DNA of 64,000 nt from a virus (taxonomy: Duplodnaviria; Caudoviricetes), in the IMG/VR virus record IMGVR_UViG_3300033757_000347; one strand, written 5' to 3'. The position numbers and the translations under genes were made by a program. Below are positions 41,747 through 51,641 of this stretch, piece after piece. The notes beneath the pieces were generated by a model. The model was not told where the DNA came from. It was given only the letters and a program-made list of their open reading frames with translations, and searched no databases. Position 1 is the first letter of the stretch. The number at the start of each line of letters is the position of its first letter.

Positions 41747-41921
41747 ATTTTTTGTTTTTTTATTCTAGCTTATTATACCTCAAATTTTATACTAAAGTAT
41801 TGTTTTTTTGTAAAATTTTTATATTCAAGGTTAATTACTATCTTTGTCGCTTACATCCCACAAACTAAAGATTTGTGGGTTTTACGCTCCGTAGTATAAA
41901 TAACAAAAATAGTCAACAGAG

Positions 41922-44039
41922 ATGGGCGGCGGTCCAGGTTTCAACAAACAATCAGCAAACACCGTAGCGAACGGCACTAACACGTGGTCGAGTAGTCAAA
42001 ATTCGTCGACTGTCGAGCTTCTAAAGGTTGAGCAGGCCTTTAGCGGAGTAAACTACTTGGAAGCACTATCCAAAAGAACTAAAGCTGAGCTGGGTCAGTA
42101 CTTGTCAGACGAAGCTCAAAACCAATCTGGCGGGTCTATCATATCGGCTGACACAGACTCAATATTCAATAAATTCTCCATCTTTAAGTACTCCAAGTTC
42201 ATAAACGGAGCAGCTTACCAGCCGGATGCTCATTTTATCGGTTACGCGGCAAAACAGAGCGGAGATCCTTACACCGACACCGTGAATCAAAATGCGGCCG
42301 ATGGATTGCAAGTATTGGTTGACAAGGATAAAACTAGTAAAGCAGCAGCAACTAATGCTAACCTGCAAGCTGCGTATCAGAAGGCTATCGACGATAATCT
42401 AAAGAGAATGCAGGCTCTAAAAAATTCTGCAAACAATTACGCGGTTAAGAATTACTCAGCTATCGCTAACCCGACTGCTAAAAATTTGATACAGTGGGCA
42501 AGCACTCAATCGATGGAAAGCGTTACCGGCTTTCAGCCGTACGCGATGACAGACTTCATGTTCTGCAAGAACTACGGAAAGATTCCTAACAACAGGTTAG
42601 TAACTCTTCGTAGGTACCCATTTCCTATCGATGATCTTATCAGAGCTCCAGGAAACCTAAACCCAATCCCAATTGCGCAAGCGGTAACTTGGTTCGGAGA
42701 AGGAACTGACAACGTTCTGTCGAACATAGGTTTCATGAACTGGGGATTGCGCTGGGAGACGGTAGGGCCTATTGATGATCCGCAGATACTAGAAGGAAAC
42801 GAAGTAACAGTTACCGATTTGATGAAAGTTTTCAAGGACATTCCGAAACTTCAGAAACTTGGCGAAAGGCTAGAAGCAGTTTACGTCGGTCTAAACGGAC
42901 AGGACGCGCAACTCACTCAGCTAAGCCGAGTCGAAGAAAAGCTACAAAAATACTCAAGGGAACTCTACACTCAGGGTCCTTACTGGAACAGGATATACGG
43001 TCCAGTGAACGTTGTGAACGCTTCTACCAGAAGAGCTAGGGGAATGCAGGATGGCTGGGACACGCCGTTCACGTTAAACTTTCATTATTCTTTCAGGTCT
43101 TTCAGCGGGTTGAGCCCAAAGATCGTTGCTCTGGACCTAATAGCAAGCTTTTTGAACTTAACTTACAACGATGCGACTTTCTTGGGCCAGTTAGCTAGGT
43201 ACTTTCCTAGGCTTGGCGTAAAATTCGACGAAACTACTACTCAGATGTTAGGAGAACTCTTAACTTCGTGGGGAACGGTGTTCAACGGTGACATCAACAC
43301 GATGATGAGTAAGATGGAAGCGGTCTTACAGTCAATACAAGCATCGGTTGGAGAAACGGTTAACAACATGGAGCAAGCAATAAAAAACGGAAAAGCTGGA
43401 GAAAAAGCGGAAGCCGCTCTAGTCAACACTTTTCAAGCAGGTACAGCTCTTGCTCTTGCGGATGCTATTCCAAACCTGATCTCCATCAAATCTGCCCTGT
43501 CAGACCGGCCTATCGGAGAATGGCACTTAGTAGTAGGAAACCCAATGAATCCGATCATGGTGATGGGAGACTTAGTCGTGTCGAACTGCATCCTAAAGTT
43601 CGACGAGGAAATGGGGCCTGACGATTTTCCGACCGGCTGCACGTTTACAATAAAACTCCAACAAGGAAAACCTAGGGATAAAGTGGCAATCGAGAGAATG
43701 TTTAACTTGGGAGAAGCTAAGCTGCTCTTCACCAAACTAAGAAATCCGTCGTCAGCTGACGATACGTTCGGAGAAACAAATAACACGAGGTTCAAACAGT
43801 TCTTTTCTACCAGCACAGGAGAAAAGGGAGCAAACGAACTAACGGATGACGACAAGCAAGCTATCCAGCAGCAGTTAGGAACGGGTTCCTTCGATCGTTA
43901 CAGAAACAGAATAAGAAAATCGTACGGGTACGCTCCGCAGATGAACGGCAAAAATCCAGTCTCAGGAGATTCGACGGTCGACCGGATGGACGATTCGTTG
44001 CTGTGGTTGTACTTCGATAAAGATTTGACTAAAACTTAA
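41922..44039 (+). CDS. Baseplate/tail structural protein
   Basis: Late promoter; first gene of baseplate cluster; EWHLVVGNPMNPI...DDFPT. Confidence 0.55.
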   Translation: MGGGPGFNKQSANTVANGTNTWSSSQNSSTVELLKVEQAFSGVNYLEALSKRTKAELGQYLSDEAQNQSGGSIISADTDSIFNKFSIFKYSKFINGAAYQPDAHFIGYAAKQSGDPYTDTVNQNAADGLQVLVDKDKTSKAAATNANLQAAYQKAIDDNLKRMQALKNSANNYAVKNYSAIANPTAKNLIQWASTQSMESVTGFQPYAMTDFMFCKNYGKIPNNRLVTLRRYPFPIDDLIRAPGNLNPIPIAQAVTWFGEGTDNVLSNIGFMNWGLRWETVGPIDDPQILEGNEVTVTDLMKVFKDIPKLQKLGERLEAVYVGLNGQDAQLTQLSRVEEKLQKYSRELYTQGPYWNRIYGPVNVVNASTRRARGMQDGWDTPFTLNFHYSFRSFSGLSPKIVALDLIASFLNLTYNDATFLGQLARYFPRLGVKFDETTTQMLGELLTSWGTVFNGDINTMMSKMEAVLQSIQASVGETVNNMEQAIKNGKAGEKAEAALVNTFQAGTALALADAIPNLISIKSALSDRPIGEWHLVVGNPMNPIMVMGDLVVSNCILKFDEEMGPDDFPTGCTFTIKLQQGKPRDKVAIERMFNLGEAKLLFTKLRNPSSADDTFGETNNTRFKQFFSTSTGEKGANELTDDDKQAIQQQLGTGSFDRYRNRIRKSYGYAPQMNGKNPVSGDSTVDRMDDSLLWLYFDKDLTKT

Positions 44040-44049
44040 CAGATGACGC

Positions 44050-44793
44050 ATGCTTAACTTAAGAACATTAATGAGTAAAACAAGCTTCACCAAGCTCAAC
44101 GGCGATACGATCGTCAATCTCGCGATGAGCACTGTGTCTTTTTTGGGTATCAGAGCTAACTCTGGGAAAGCTTACGTCGTTACGGAAGAAACTGCAATGA
44201 GGCCTGACCTGATCGCTAGCTATTTTTACCAGGACCCTGGCTACTTGGACCTCCTTTTGAAGTACAACGGGTACCCTAACCCGTTTGCTCTGGACGTTGG
44301 AGACATTATCCGAATACCGTCTATGGCTACTCTTTCTAAATTTGGAAGCACCGGAAAAGTAAACGATCCTAAACTCATGGCAGTTAGAAAGAAGTACACC
44401 AACTTGGTCATGGCTCCTAGGTCAAGGAAAGACCAGGTTAGGATGAACTACTTGCTCCAGAAAGGAACCGCTATCAATTCGAACTTAGCCAAGTTGAACG
44501 CGCTCCTTCAGAGCGGGAATCTGTCGAGCTTGAGCTTGTCAGCTTTAAGTTCGCAAATATCCAACATCATGCAGGGCGGGAACTTCTCAGGAACCGGCCC
44601 GCTTACCTCAGCTTACCAAGCAGGCGCTAGCGCTCCGGTACCGCCGAACATTGCTCTCGACAGCGGAGTAAAGATACAGAACGGAAAGATCCTGTTCGGG
44701 TCAGACGTTACTTCCGTAAAGAAGGAAGATTGCACCGAGCCTATTTCCAGAACAAAGCTGAAAGAAACTCTTCTAAAAAATAGGCTGGCATAA
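44050..44793 (+). CDS. Baseplate wedge gp53/LysM-like protein
   Basis: RPDLIASYFY...LLKYNG..NPF.LDVGDIIRIP. Confidence 0.75.
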   Translation: MLNLRTLMSKTSFTKLNGDTIVNLAMSTVSFLGIRANSGKAYVVTEETAMRPDLIASYFYQDPGYLDLLLKYNGYPNPFALDVGDIIRIPSMATLSKFGSTGKVNDPKLMAVRKKYTNLVMAPRSRKDQVRMNYLLQKGTAINSNLAKLNALLQSGNLSSLSLSALSSQISNIMQGGNFSGTGPLTSAYQAGASAPVPPNIALDSGVKIQNGKILFGSDVTSVKKEDCTEPISRTKLKETLLKNRLA

Positions 44794-46400
44794 TGGCACA
44801 GGAGAACAGAGTAACGGTAAGATTTACGCCGACTATCACACCGACCAGAATCGAATTAGCTGATTTCGAAAGCAGCTTGAGCGAGGAGGATCGCAGGAAA
44901 CTGTTCGATGGAACGTACAGCAAGTTCAAGCAGAGAAGAGGTTTTTCTACTCCCCTAGTAATGATAGGAAAGGTTAAGATCCCGCCGGAAAAGATAAAAG
45001 CTTTGCACGTTCGTCAGGAAGATTTTACTCCGACGATATCTGTCACTTTCGTGGACGATGGTCACATTTTCAGCGCTAGGGGTTTTCCTCTGTCCAACAT
45101 CATAGTGAGCGTGTTCGTCAAGTCAACAGTTAAGAAGTTAAAATCGCTGTCTGCTGACTTTCTGATAAACGCGGTTTCATCCATGCCTATTCCTGGAACA
45201 GAAGCAGTTGTGTACACTTTCTCAGGAGAAATGCTAATTCCGACTCTGTACGGAAATTACTCAAAGTCCTACAGAAACATGACTTCGTTGGAAACTCTAG
45301 CTAAGGTAGCAGAAGAGCTCCAGTTAGGATTTGCTGACAACCAGGCGGAAGGAACTTCCGATGCTATGACTTGGATCATGCCGAACTACACGTACAAGGA
45401 GTTCATAACTCAAGTTTCGAAGTACGCTTACAAGGATGACGGGAACTTCTTCGACTGTTTCATCGATAGGTACTACGTGCTCAACTTCATAAACGTCGAA
45501 AAGCAGTTCGCTAGGGACGATGAAGTGGACACCGGGTACATAGCTATAGGACAGACGGAAATGAACAAGGATAGGTTCGATCCGGAAGAAGAGGAGAAAG
45601 AGGATGAGGTTGAAGTGCCGATAATCCTAACCAACTACCCTGAGGCCAGAGCATCCGAGTTCTACATCACCGATTACTCGCTTATGAGCAACCACGGTGA
45701 CATACTCAGAAACAATGCTATTCGCCGGTACATTTACTGGTACGATCACGGATCGGGAAAGGGCGAAGATTCTGAACCTAGGAAGATAGAGGAAATCATT
45801 GATGCTGGAAAGCCTAGCACTTACCCGTTCGAACAGTACGAACAGTTCAGGCTGCACTTCTTGGAACCGCTAACTTCAACGGTCACGAACGACGGAAAGA
45901 AACCTCACACGGTCGAGATACCTGAGTACTTAAGTAACTCAGATAACGATGATGATGGACCAGCAGTAGCAACCGGAGTGTGGTCCGGAATAGATTACGG
46001 TAACGCTCACCCATCTTACAAGTTTGCAGAACTCTTGAACTATCACAATTGGCTGGAAACTGAGAAAAATTTGCTCTTAGTAACGCTGAACGGGTTCAGC
46101 GCAAACGTTATCAGAGGAAGCCGAGTAAAGGTTGAAATTTACATGGACAAAGCATCTGCTATGCTTGGAAGAACGATGGCCAGCGACCAAGAAACGGAAG
46201 TTGACTTGGACGACATCGACACTGGAATACCAAGGATCGACGATCTTCCTCAGGGAGCTATTAGAGATAAAGCTCTGAGCGATTTTTACTACGTAAAATC
46301 GATCTCTTACTCGTACATTGACGGCGAATTTTCGACCAAACTAACCCTAGCTAGAAGGCACTGGTTGTTGCCGTTAGCTAAAAAAGACGTAAAAGTGTAA
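44793..46400 (+). CDS. Baseplate hub (gp27/VgrG-N-like)
   Basis: Position between gp53 and gp5; LSDFYYVKSISY C-terminal motif. Confidence 0.6.
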   Translation: MAQENRVTVRFTPTITPTRIELADFESSLSEEDRRKLFDGTYSKFKQRRGFSTPLVMIGKVKIPPEKIKALHVRQEDFTPTISVTFVDDGHIFSARGFPLSNIIVSVFVKSTVKKLKSLSADFLINAVSSMPIPGTEAVVYTFSGEMLIPTLYGNYSKSYRNMTSLETLAKVAEELQLGFADNQAEGTSDAMTWIMPNYTYKEFITQVSKYAYKDDGNFFDCFIDRYYVLNFINVEKQFARDDEVDTGYIAIGQTEMNKDRFDPEEEEKEDEVEVPIILTNYPEARASEFYITDYSLMSNHGDILRNNAIRRYIYWYDHGSGKGEDSEPRKIEEIIDAGKPSTYPFEQYEQFRLHFLEPLTSTVTNDGKKPHTVEIPEYLSNSDNDDDGPAVATGVWSGIDYGNAHPSYKFAELLNYHNWLETEKNLLLVTLNGFSANVIRGSRVKVEIYMDKASAMLGRTMASDQETEVDLDDIDTGIPRIDDLPQGAIRDKALSDFYYVKSISYSYIDGEFSTKLTLARRHWLLPLAKKDVKV

Positions 46401-48445
46401 TGGCACGATCGTTAGAAGAAATAAGAAGAAAGAACCTTTTCGTAAAATCGTCAACCGACGATTTTCAGGACCCAGTGTTTCTAACGTTCAGGATAGACTT
46501 CTTTCCGGCTGAGGAAACTTACCCGTTCGGAGACGGTCTCACAAACTCGTGCCTTTTGAAACCGGTAGCAAGCGACATCGACAAAACCGGAGTTACTGCA
46601 GTTGGAGACAACAAGATAGTCGAGTACCCAACCATCCAGTGGCTGAACGATTACTACCCTATTGGCACTGCTCCGAAAAACTTACAGAACTTGACTCCAG
46701 CTGCTGCGTTAGCTCGCTTCAGAAATCTGTTGGAGGAAGTTCAGGATTCTCCTTGGTACTTCCAATCGATCCAGGGAATAGGAGACCTTTGGAAAGCGCT
46801 TCACCGAGTAAAAGAAGGAAACCAAAAAACGTCCTTGACCATAAACTGCATCGACTCGGTAAAACAGCCGTTGACAGAACTTGCAGAAATGTACAGGTAC
46901 GCGATCTACGATAACGAAAGATTGTCGTACAGAGTACCTGACAACATGAGGTGGTTCGACATGGTCATAGACCTCATAGAAATTAGGGACATTGCAGACT
47001 ACTCTGGCCAGTTCTTCCAAGCTGATTCAGAAGGAAACTTAAACTCTGGTTTGAGAATGGTGCAGTTTCGCTGCAAGATGTGTGAGTTCGATTTTAGCAA
47101 CTTCCTAGGAGGTTCGCAATCTGACCACAAGATCTACACCGAAGAAAAACCGTTTTCGCCTTCGTTCGGAATAAACGTCGGCTGGGTAATTCAGGAACCG
47201 ATATCGCTTAGAGATGCTTACGATTACCGGCAGCTTGGAATGTTCGCTGGTGCCTTGGGAACCTTAAACAACAGAATAAGCAGGTTCATACAGAACGCAA
47301 CTCGTTTGCCATCTGCAATAGTTGGGTCGGTTCTCAACGAGATACAGACAATGGCAGAAGTTACGGTGATGGGAAACGTTTACTCTGGAGCAAACGCTTT
47401 CTTAAACGACATGAACAACATAAGCGGTGAGCTGACTGGAAGAACTCCACCGGTAGGACCTCCTCTCGTCTCAAACCTCGGCGAGGACGTTTACCCAACC
47501 GTTCCAACTCAGCCTGTTCAGTCGATGGGTAGAGCATACGTAAACGAACCTCCAGTACCGCCGGTAGCTAACATGGGAGACCTTTACCAGGACGTCCCAA
47601 CCCCAGAAGTTTCTAACATAGGCGACATTTACGAACCGGTTCAACCAACCGAAGTTAACGACATCGGAGACGTCTACCCAACCGAACCGCCAGCACCGCC
47701 GATCGCTGAGATGGGAGACACGTACGAGGACATTCCTCCTACTCAAGTTAGCGAGATCGGAGACATTTACCCGGACGAACCGCCTGCACCTACGATCGGA
47801 GACATGGGAGACGTTTACCAGGACGTTCCACCTACGCAGGTCAGCGAGATTGGTGACGTTTACCCTGATCAGCCTCCTGCTCCGGCAGTTTCCGACATGG
47901 GAGACGTCTACCAGGACGTTCCTGGAACTCAAGTCGAAGAGATTGGGGACGTTTACCCTGACGAGCCGGCAGCACCGTCGGTTTCCGACATGGGAGATAC
48001 TTACTCGGACGAACCAGCACCGCCAAGCGTAGCTGAGATGGGAGACGCTTACCCAGTTGACGAAGCGACCGTTGGTGTTGGAGAGATAGGATCTACTTAC
48101 CCAGAGGCTGAAAAGAACCCAGAAATCGGAGAGATAGGAGACTCTTACCCGATCGACGAGGAAACCAAACCAGCAGAAGAACTTGGAGACGTTTACCAGG
48201 ACGTTAGAACGGAAGCGGTAGATTCGATAGGCGACGTTTACCAGCAGAGCGAAACGACCGAACCTGCCGAAGACTTGGGAACAGTTTACCCAGCAGCTGA
48301 TCAAGTTCAGCCGGTTGGAGAATTAGGAGACGTTTACCAGGACGTTCCAGCAAGCAGCGTTGATTTCATGGGAGATGCTTACCAGAACGACGAGGAAACT
48401 CAAAAAATAGACGATCTCGGCGAAATTTACAAAACGCAGAGTTAA
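46400..48445 (+). CDS. Baseplate/tail-tube-initiator-like protein with C-terminal acidic Pro-rich repeats
   Basis: PWYFQSIQG tube-like N-domain; about 21 (I/M/L)GDxY repeats. Confidence 0.6.
   Translation: MARSLEEIRRKNLFVKSSTDDFQDPVFLTFRIDFFPAEETYPFGDGLTNSCLLKPVASDIDKTGVTAVGDNKIVEYPTIQWLNDYYPIGTAPKNLQNLTPAAALARFRNLLEEVQDSPWYFQSIQGIGDLWKALHRVKEGNQKTSLTINCIDSVKQPLTELAEMYRYAIYDNERLSYRVPDNMRWFDMVIDLIEIRDIADYSGQFFQADSEGNLNSGLRMVQFRCKMCEFDFSNFLGGSQSDHKIYTEEKPFSPSFGINVGWVIQEPISLRDAYDYRQLGMFAGALGTLNNRISRFIQNATRLPSAIVGSVLNEIQTMAEVTVMGNVYSGANAFLNDMNNISGELTGRTPPVGPPLVSNLGEDVYPTVPTQPVQSMGRAYVNEPPVPPVANMGDLYQDVPTPEVSNIGDIYEPVQPTEVNDIGDVYPTEPPAPPIAEMGDTYEDIPPTQVSEIGDIYPDEPPAPTIGDMGDVYQDVPPTQVSEIGDVYPDQPPAPAVSDMGDVYQDVPGTQVEEIGDVYPDEPAAPSVSDMGDTYSDEPAPPSVAEMGDAYPVDEATVGVGEIGSTYPEAEKNPEIGEIGDSYPIDEETKPAEELGDVYQDVRTEAVDSIGDVYQQSETTEPAEDLGTVYPAADQVQPVGELGDVYQDVPASSVDFMGDAYQNDEETQKIDDLGEIYKTQS
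47477..48442 (+). repeat. Degenerate 42-51-nt coding tandem repeat
   Basis: Recurrent GGAGACGTTTACCAGGACGTT-type units. Confidence 0.85.
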
Positions 48446-48464
48446 AATTTAGTAGAAGAACAGC

Positions 48465-49271
48465 ATGAGACACAGCGAAGAAGGCATAGCTGGAATACCT
48501 GGCGAGGAAACTTTCGTATCGACTTACATGGGTGTGGTGGAGGACATTGACGACCCAAACTACGAGGGTAGGTGCAGGATAAGAGTGTTCTCTGTGTTCG
48601 ATGACCTGCCTACCGAGGACATACCTTGGGCAGTTCCTGCAGCTAAGCCGATGTTCTTCGGGCAGGACGCAAAAGCTGGATCTATTTCGATCCCTAAGGT
48701 TGGAGCTATCGTAAAAGTTAGGTTCGCAACTGGAGACATATACACCCCAGAATACATTCAGATCCAAGAGCTCGGAGACGACATCAAGGAACAGCTTAGA
48801 AAGGGCGGTTCCAAGTACGAGGGAGCTCACTTCGTCCTGTTCGACGGAGATGAGGAAATAAAGGTCTGGTTCGACAAGCAGATCGGCTTGCAGATCGAGC
48901 TGAAAAAATCCTTCGTGAGGATAGACAACGAAACTTCAAACGTCCTAATAGAGCACAAGGACAACCTGTCTTCCATATCCATGGAAGGTAACGTGATAAG
49001 AATAGTGTCGGATTCTGAAGTTAACGTGACTACTGGCTCAAAAGCGACGGTGTCAGCAAAAACCGTTCACTTGGACGGCGTCAACACAGTGGTAGGACAC
49101 AGCACCATACAGCACAGCGCAGTTCTTGGAGAACCGCTAATGGCTCTTCTCAAGACGATAGCAGCCGCGGTTGATGCAAAGATGCCGTCGACCGCTGGAG
49201 CTGTCTCAGCTGCAGTAGAAGCAGCAAAGCCAATGGTCCTTTCGAGATCAGTGACTATAGGCGCTTACTAA
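48465..49271 (+). CDS. Baseplate spike gp5/VgrG OB-fold protein
   Basis: GVVEDIDDP..GRCRIRV, DIPWA, IPKVGAIVKVRF. Confidence 0.85.
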   Translation: MRHSEEGIAGIPGEETFVSTYMGVVEDIDDPNYEGRCRIRVFSVFDDLPTEDIPWAVPAAKPMFFGQDAKAGSISIPKVGAIVKVRFATGDIYTPEYIQIQELGDDIKEQLRKGGSKYEGAHFVLFDGDEEIKVWFDKQIGLQIELKKSFVRIDNETSNVLIEHKDNLSSISMEGNVIRIVSDSEVNVTTGSKATVSAKTVHLDGVNTVVGHSTIQHSAVLGEPLMALLKTIAAAVDAKMPSTAGAVSAAVEAAKPMVLSRSVTIGAY

Positions 49272-50098
49272 TAAATTATACCGAATTCGTTCTCGCACTG
49301 GAAGAGTTTCTGCTCTTCCCTAGGGTCGTTGGTATCGCCCAAGTGCGCTTTTGTGAACTTTAAGGAACCAGTTTCCACAGACTTTAGGACGTCCTTTTCC
49401 AGTTCCGGAAGAAGGTTTCTGTTTGGAAAGAACCTGCTCGAAGCAACGTACTTGCTTAGAAGATCCTTTCTTACCATCTCCATGTGGTGCATCGTGATGA
49501 ATTCCCTCTCGAAAACGAGAGTCTTCCTGTAAGATTCGTCAAGGATCCCACGAGTCGGATCTATTCCAGAAAAGTTAGTCTGGAGAACGTGGTGCCTTGA
49601 ATTTGGAAGGATTCGATAGATGAATGGAACCTTCCACCTTGAGTAACCGCGGTGAAGCGTCGGAGTGACGTAATTCACGTAGTGGACGGCGGTCGCGTCC
49701 AAGTTTTCTGCTTCTATTCGTTCCTTAGCTCTGGCGAATTCCTCAGATCGGTAAAACTCGTCAGCATCCATCGAAAGGTAGTGAGTGCAACCTTCCGATT
49801 TGGCAACTTCCAAGCATCCCTGTCGCTTGTTCAGCTCAAACTTCTTGGCATTCATAGCTTCCGCCGCGGTCTTTAGAGAAGTCGGCCTAAACATCGTGAA
49901 TTCGATGAGTTTGTCTATGAGCCCGGAATTCTGCAACGACTCGAGTGTTGGAATGAGCTCTGGTGAAGCTTTTGTTCCACCCCAAGAGATTTTCTGGTAC
50001 GAGACTATCACTAGGTCAACGTTAGCGCGAATCGCTTGTATCGACTGAGCCAAAGTCTCTAAACCGTCGAAAACTATGTAGCCTGCTGCTAGTTTCAT
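49268..50098 (-). CDS. Glycosyltransferase-like (GT-A) protein
   Basis: THYLSMDADEFY DxD motif; MHHM. Confidence 0.7.
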   Translation of the reverse strand: MKLAAGYIVFDGLETLAQSIQAIRANVDLVIVSYQKISWGGTKASPELIPTLESLQNSGLIDKLIEFTMFRPTSLKTAAEAMNAKKFELNKRQGCLEVAKSEGCTHYLSMDADEFYRSEEFARAKERIEAENLDATAVHYVNYVTPTLHRGYSRWKVPFIYRILPNSRHHVLQTNFSGIDPTRGILDESYRKTLVFEREFITMHHMEMVRKDLLSKYVASSRFFPNRNLLPELEKDVLKSVETGSLKFTKAHLGDTNDPREEQKLFQCENEFGIIY

Positions 50099-50403
50099 TT
50101 CTTTAGCTTCTCTACCAATTCAGCAATCTTTTGTATCGAATTGAAATTTGTTGGAACGATCTCAGATTCCGGGACGGTGATGTTGAATTCCTTTTCCAGA
50201 AAAACGACGATCGATACCATGGAAAACGAGTCGACGTACCCTCCGCTTATCAACGGAGTGTCAATCGATATCGCTTCACGGTCCCGGCAAGAGCACGATT
50301 CCCAAGGGAACATGCACGAGGATTCGTGAGTTTTTCTGTTTCCGACTTCTACGAACTCGTCGGTCACGTACTGGAGTATCTTGCTAACTATTTCGCTGTT
50401 CAT
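50095..50403 (-). CDS. Acyl carrier protein (DltC-like)
   Basis: GYVDSFSMVSIVVFLEKEFNI phosphopantetheine-Ser motif; NFNSIQKI. Confidence 0.85.
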   Translation of the reverse strand: MNSEIVSKILQYVTDEFVEVGNRKTHESSCMFPWESCSCRDREAISIDTPLISGGYVDSFSMVSIVVFLEKEFNITVPESEIVPTNFNSIQKIAELVEKLKK

Positions 50404-50936
50404 TTCGTTCTAAATTTTTTGCACGCTTCAAAAAACTCTTCGAAGCGATTAGAGCACAGTAATGGAATTATTTGATCGATTTCTACATCATCTAAATCCC
50501 ACCACTTTGCCTCCAATAATCTGTCGATCGTCGCTTGATCAAACCGAAAGTAATAAAATTTTGCCGGATTTCCGCCTACCACTGAATACGGTTTTACGTT
50601 TTCAACAACGTGCGAATTTCTGCCGATTACTGCACCATCGCCTATCGTAATTCCGCTCATTATGGTTACACCTGAACCTATCCAAACGTCGTTGCCGATT
50701 TTTACATCTCTGTTCTTTTTTAAAGGGTACCTTGACTGACTAGGTTTGTTCTTGAAGACGTCTGTGTGCTTTATGCCGAACGGGTAGGTAGTGATCCAAT
50801 CTACTCTGTGACTACCTCCTAAAAAGACGGTGACGTTATCTGCAATGGAACAAAATTTTCCTATCGTTAACTTAGCACCTTCTTCCCACAAAACTTTTAC
50901 GTGCTGCGACCCGTGTGTGTATTGTCCTACTTCCAT
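50400..50936 (-). CDS. CatB/Vat-family hexapeptide O-acetyltransferase
   Basis: IGKFCSIA, IGNDVWIG, PYSVVGGNPAK, KWWD. Confidence 0.9.
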   Translation of the reverse strand: MEVGQYTHGSQHVKVLWEEGAKLTIGKFCSIADNVTVFLGGSHRVDWITTYPFGIKHTDVFKNKPSQSRYPLKKNRDVKIGNDVWIGSGVTIMSGITIGDGAVIGRNSHVVENVKPYSVVGGNPAKFYYFRFDQATIDRLLEAKWWDLDDVEIDQIIPLLCSNRFEEFFEACKKFRTK

Positions 50937-50939
50937 CGA

Positions 50940-51641
50940 TTATTTAACTATTTCTGGTTTTTTGTAAGTAGTCCCACCGCCGTTTCTTTTAGCGGTGTTG
51001 ACATTCACAAAGACCCCATATTCGTCGCGATCTTCCATGAACTTTTTGATTCGATTCCACATGTCAGCATCAGCCGCGTAAGATTTGCCTGTTTCCTCTA
51101 TCATGTTTCTAAAAAACAGTCCAAAGTGCCGATAATTTACGCAAGTTGAAACTTTGAACAGTCGATTGGTTTCCGGTCGGTACTCGGTATAATGTTGGTC
51201 TGTTTCAATAGGCGGATAAGCTCCGCACTTAGTCGAAACAAAATTAGTTCCTGTTGCCTCTATGCAATCGGAAATTTCCATAAGGTGATTTTCCAAAAAC
51301 ATGTCATCGTGGTCCAAGTGGCAAACGTAATCGTAACCTTCACTGAGAGCTTTTCTGACCCCAACGTTCGAAGCGTTCACTCCGCTGGTCCGCCAAAGAT
51401 CCATTCCTGAGTACTTAATTCTTTCGACTGCAACCGGCAGATTCTCTACGTAAATTTTATCACGGTCAACGATCTTAGCCAACTCAAACAATTCATCAGA
51501 GTTGGAATAATCGTCTCCGATCAAAAAGAGCTTGTAGTCTTGGTGAGTTTGGTTTTTAACTGACTCCAGAGCTAATCGTAAGTGATTAGCGGTCGACCCA
51601 TCAAGTTTAAAGTACGTTGGCGTTACTATCGCTAGCTTCAT
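50940..51641 (-). CDS. Glycosyltransferase family 2
   Basis: IVTPTY, SVKNQT, LDHDD, DADMW. Confidence 0.85.
   Translation of the reverse strand: MKLAIVTPTYFKLDGSTANHLRLALESVKNQTHQDYKLFLIGDDYSNSDELFELAKIVDRDKIYVENLPVAVERIKYSGMDLWRTSGVNASNVGVRKALSEGYDYVCHLDHDDMFLENHLMEISDCIEATGTNFVSTKCGAYPPIETDQHYTEYRPETNRLFKVSTCVNYRHFGLFFRNMIEETGKSYAADADMWNRIKKFMEDRDEYGVFVNVNTAKRNGGGTTYKKPEIVK

Larger units (their letters stand above)
40718..41895 (-). mobile_element. Non-autonomous IS200/IS605 derivative carrying cargo
   Basis: LE hairpin (about 41845-41890) preceded by TTTAT; RE ...CCCATCGCCTATGGCGTGGGTGGGTAGTTCAC ending 40718; AT-rich interior. Confidence 0.7.

Noticed and set aside
47477-48442. CRISPR-like or DGR-like DNA repeats
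   Set aside because: Degenerate in-frame coding repeats, no unique-spacer pattern, no reverse transcriptase in window
50400-50936. Antibiotic-resistance gene (cat/vat)
   Set aside because: The family is broad; context within a glycosyltransferase operon favours sugar O-acetylation
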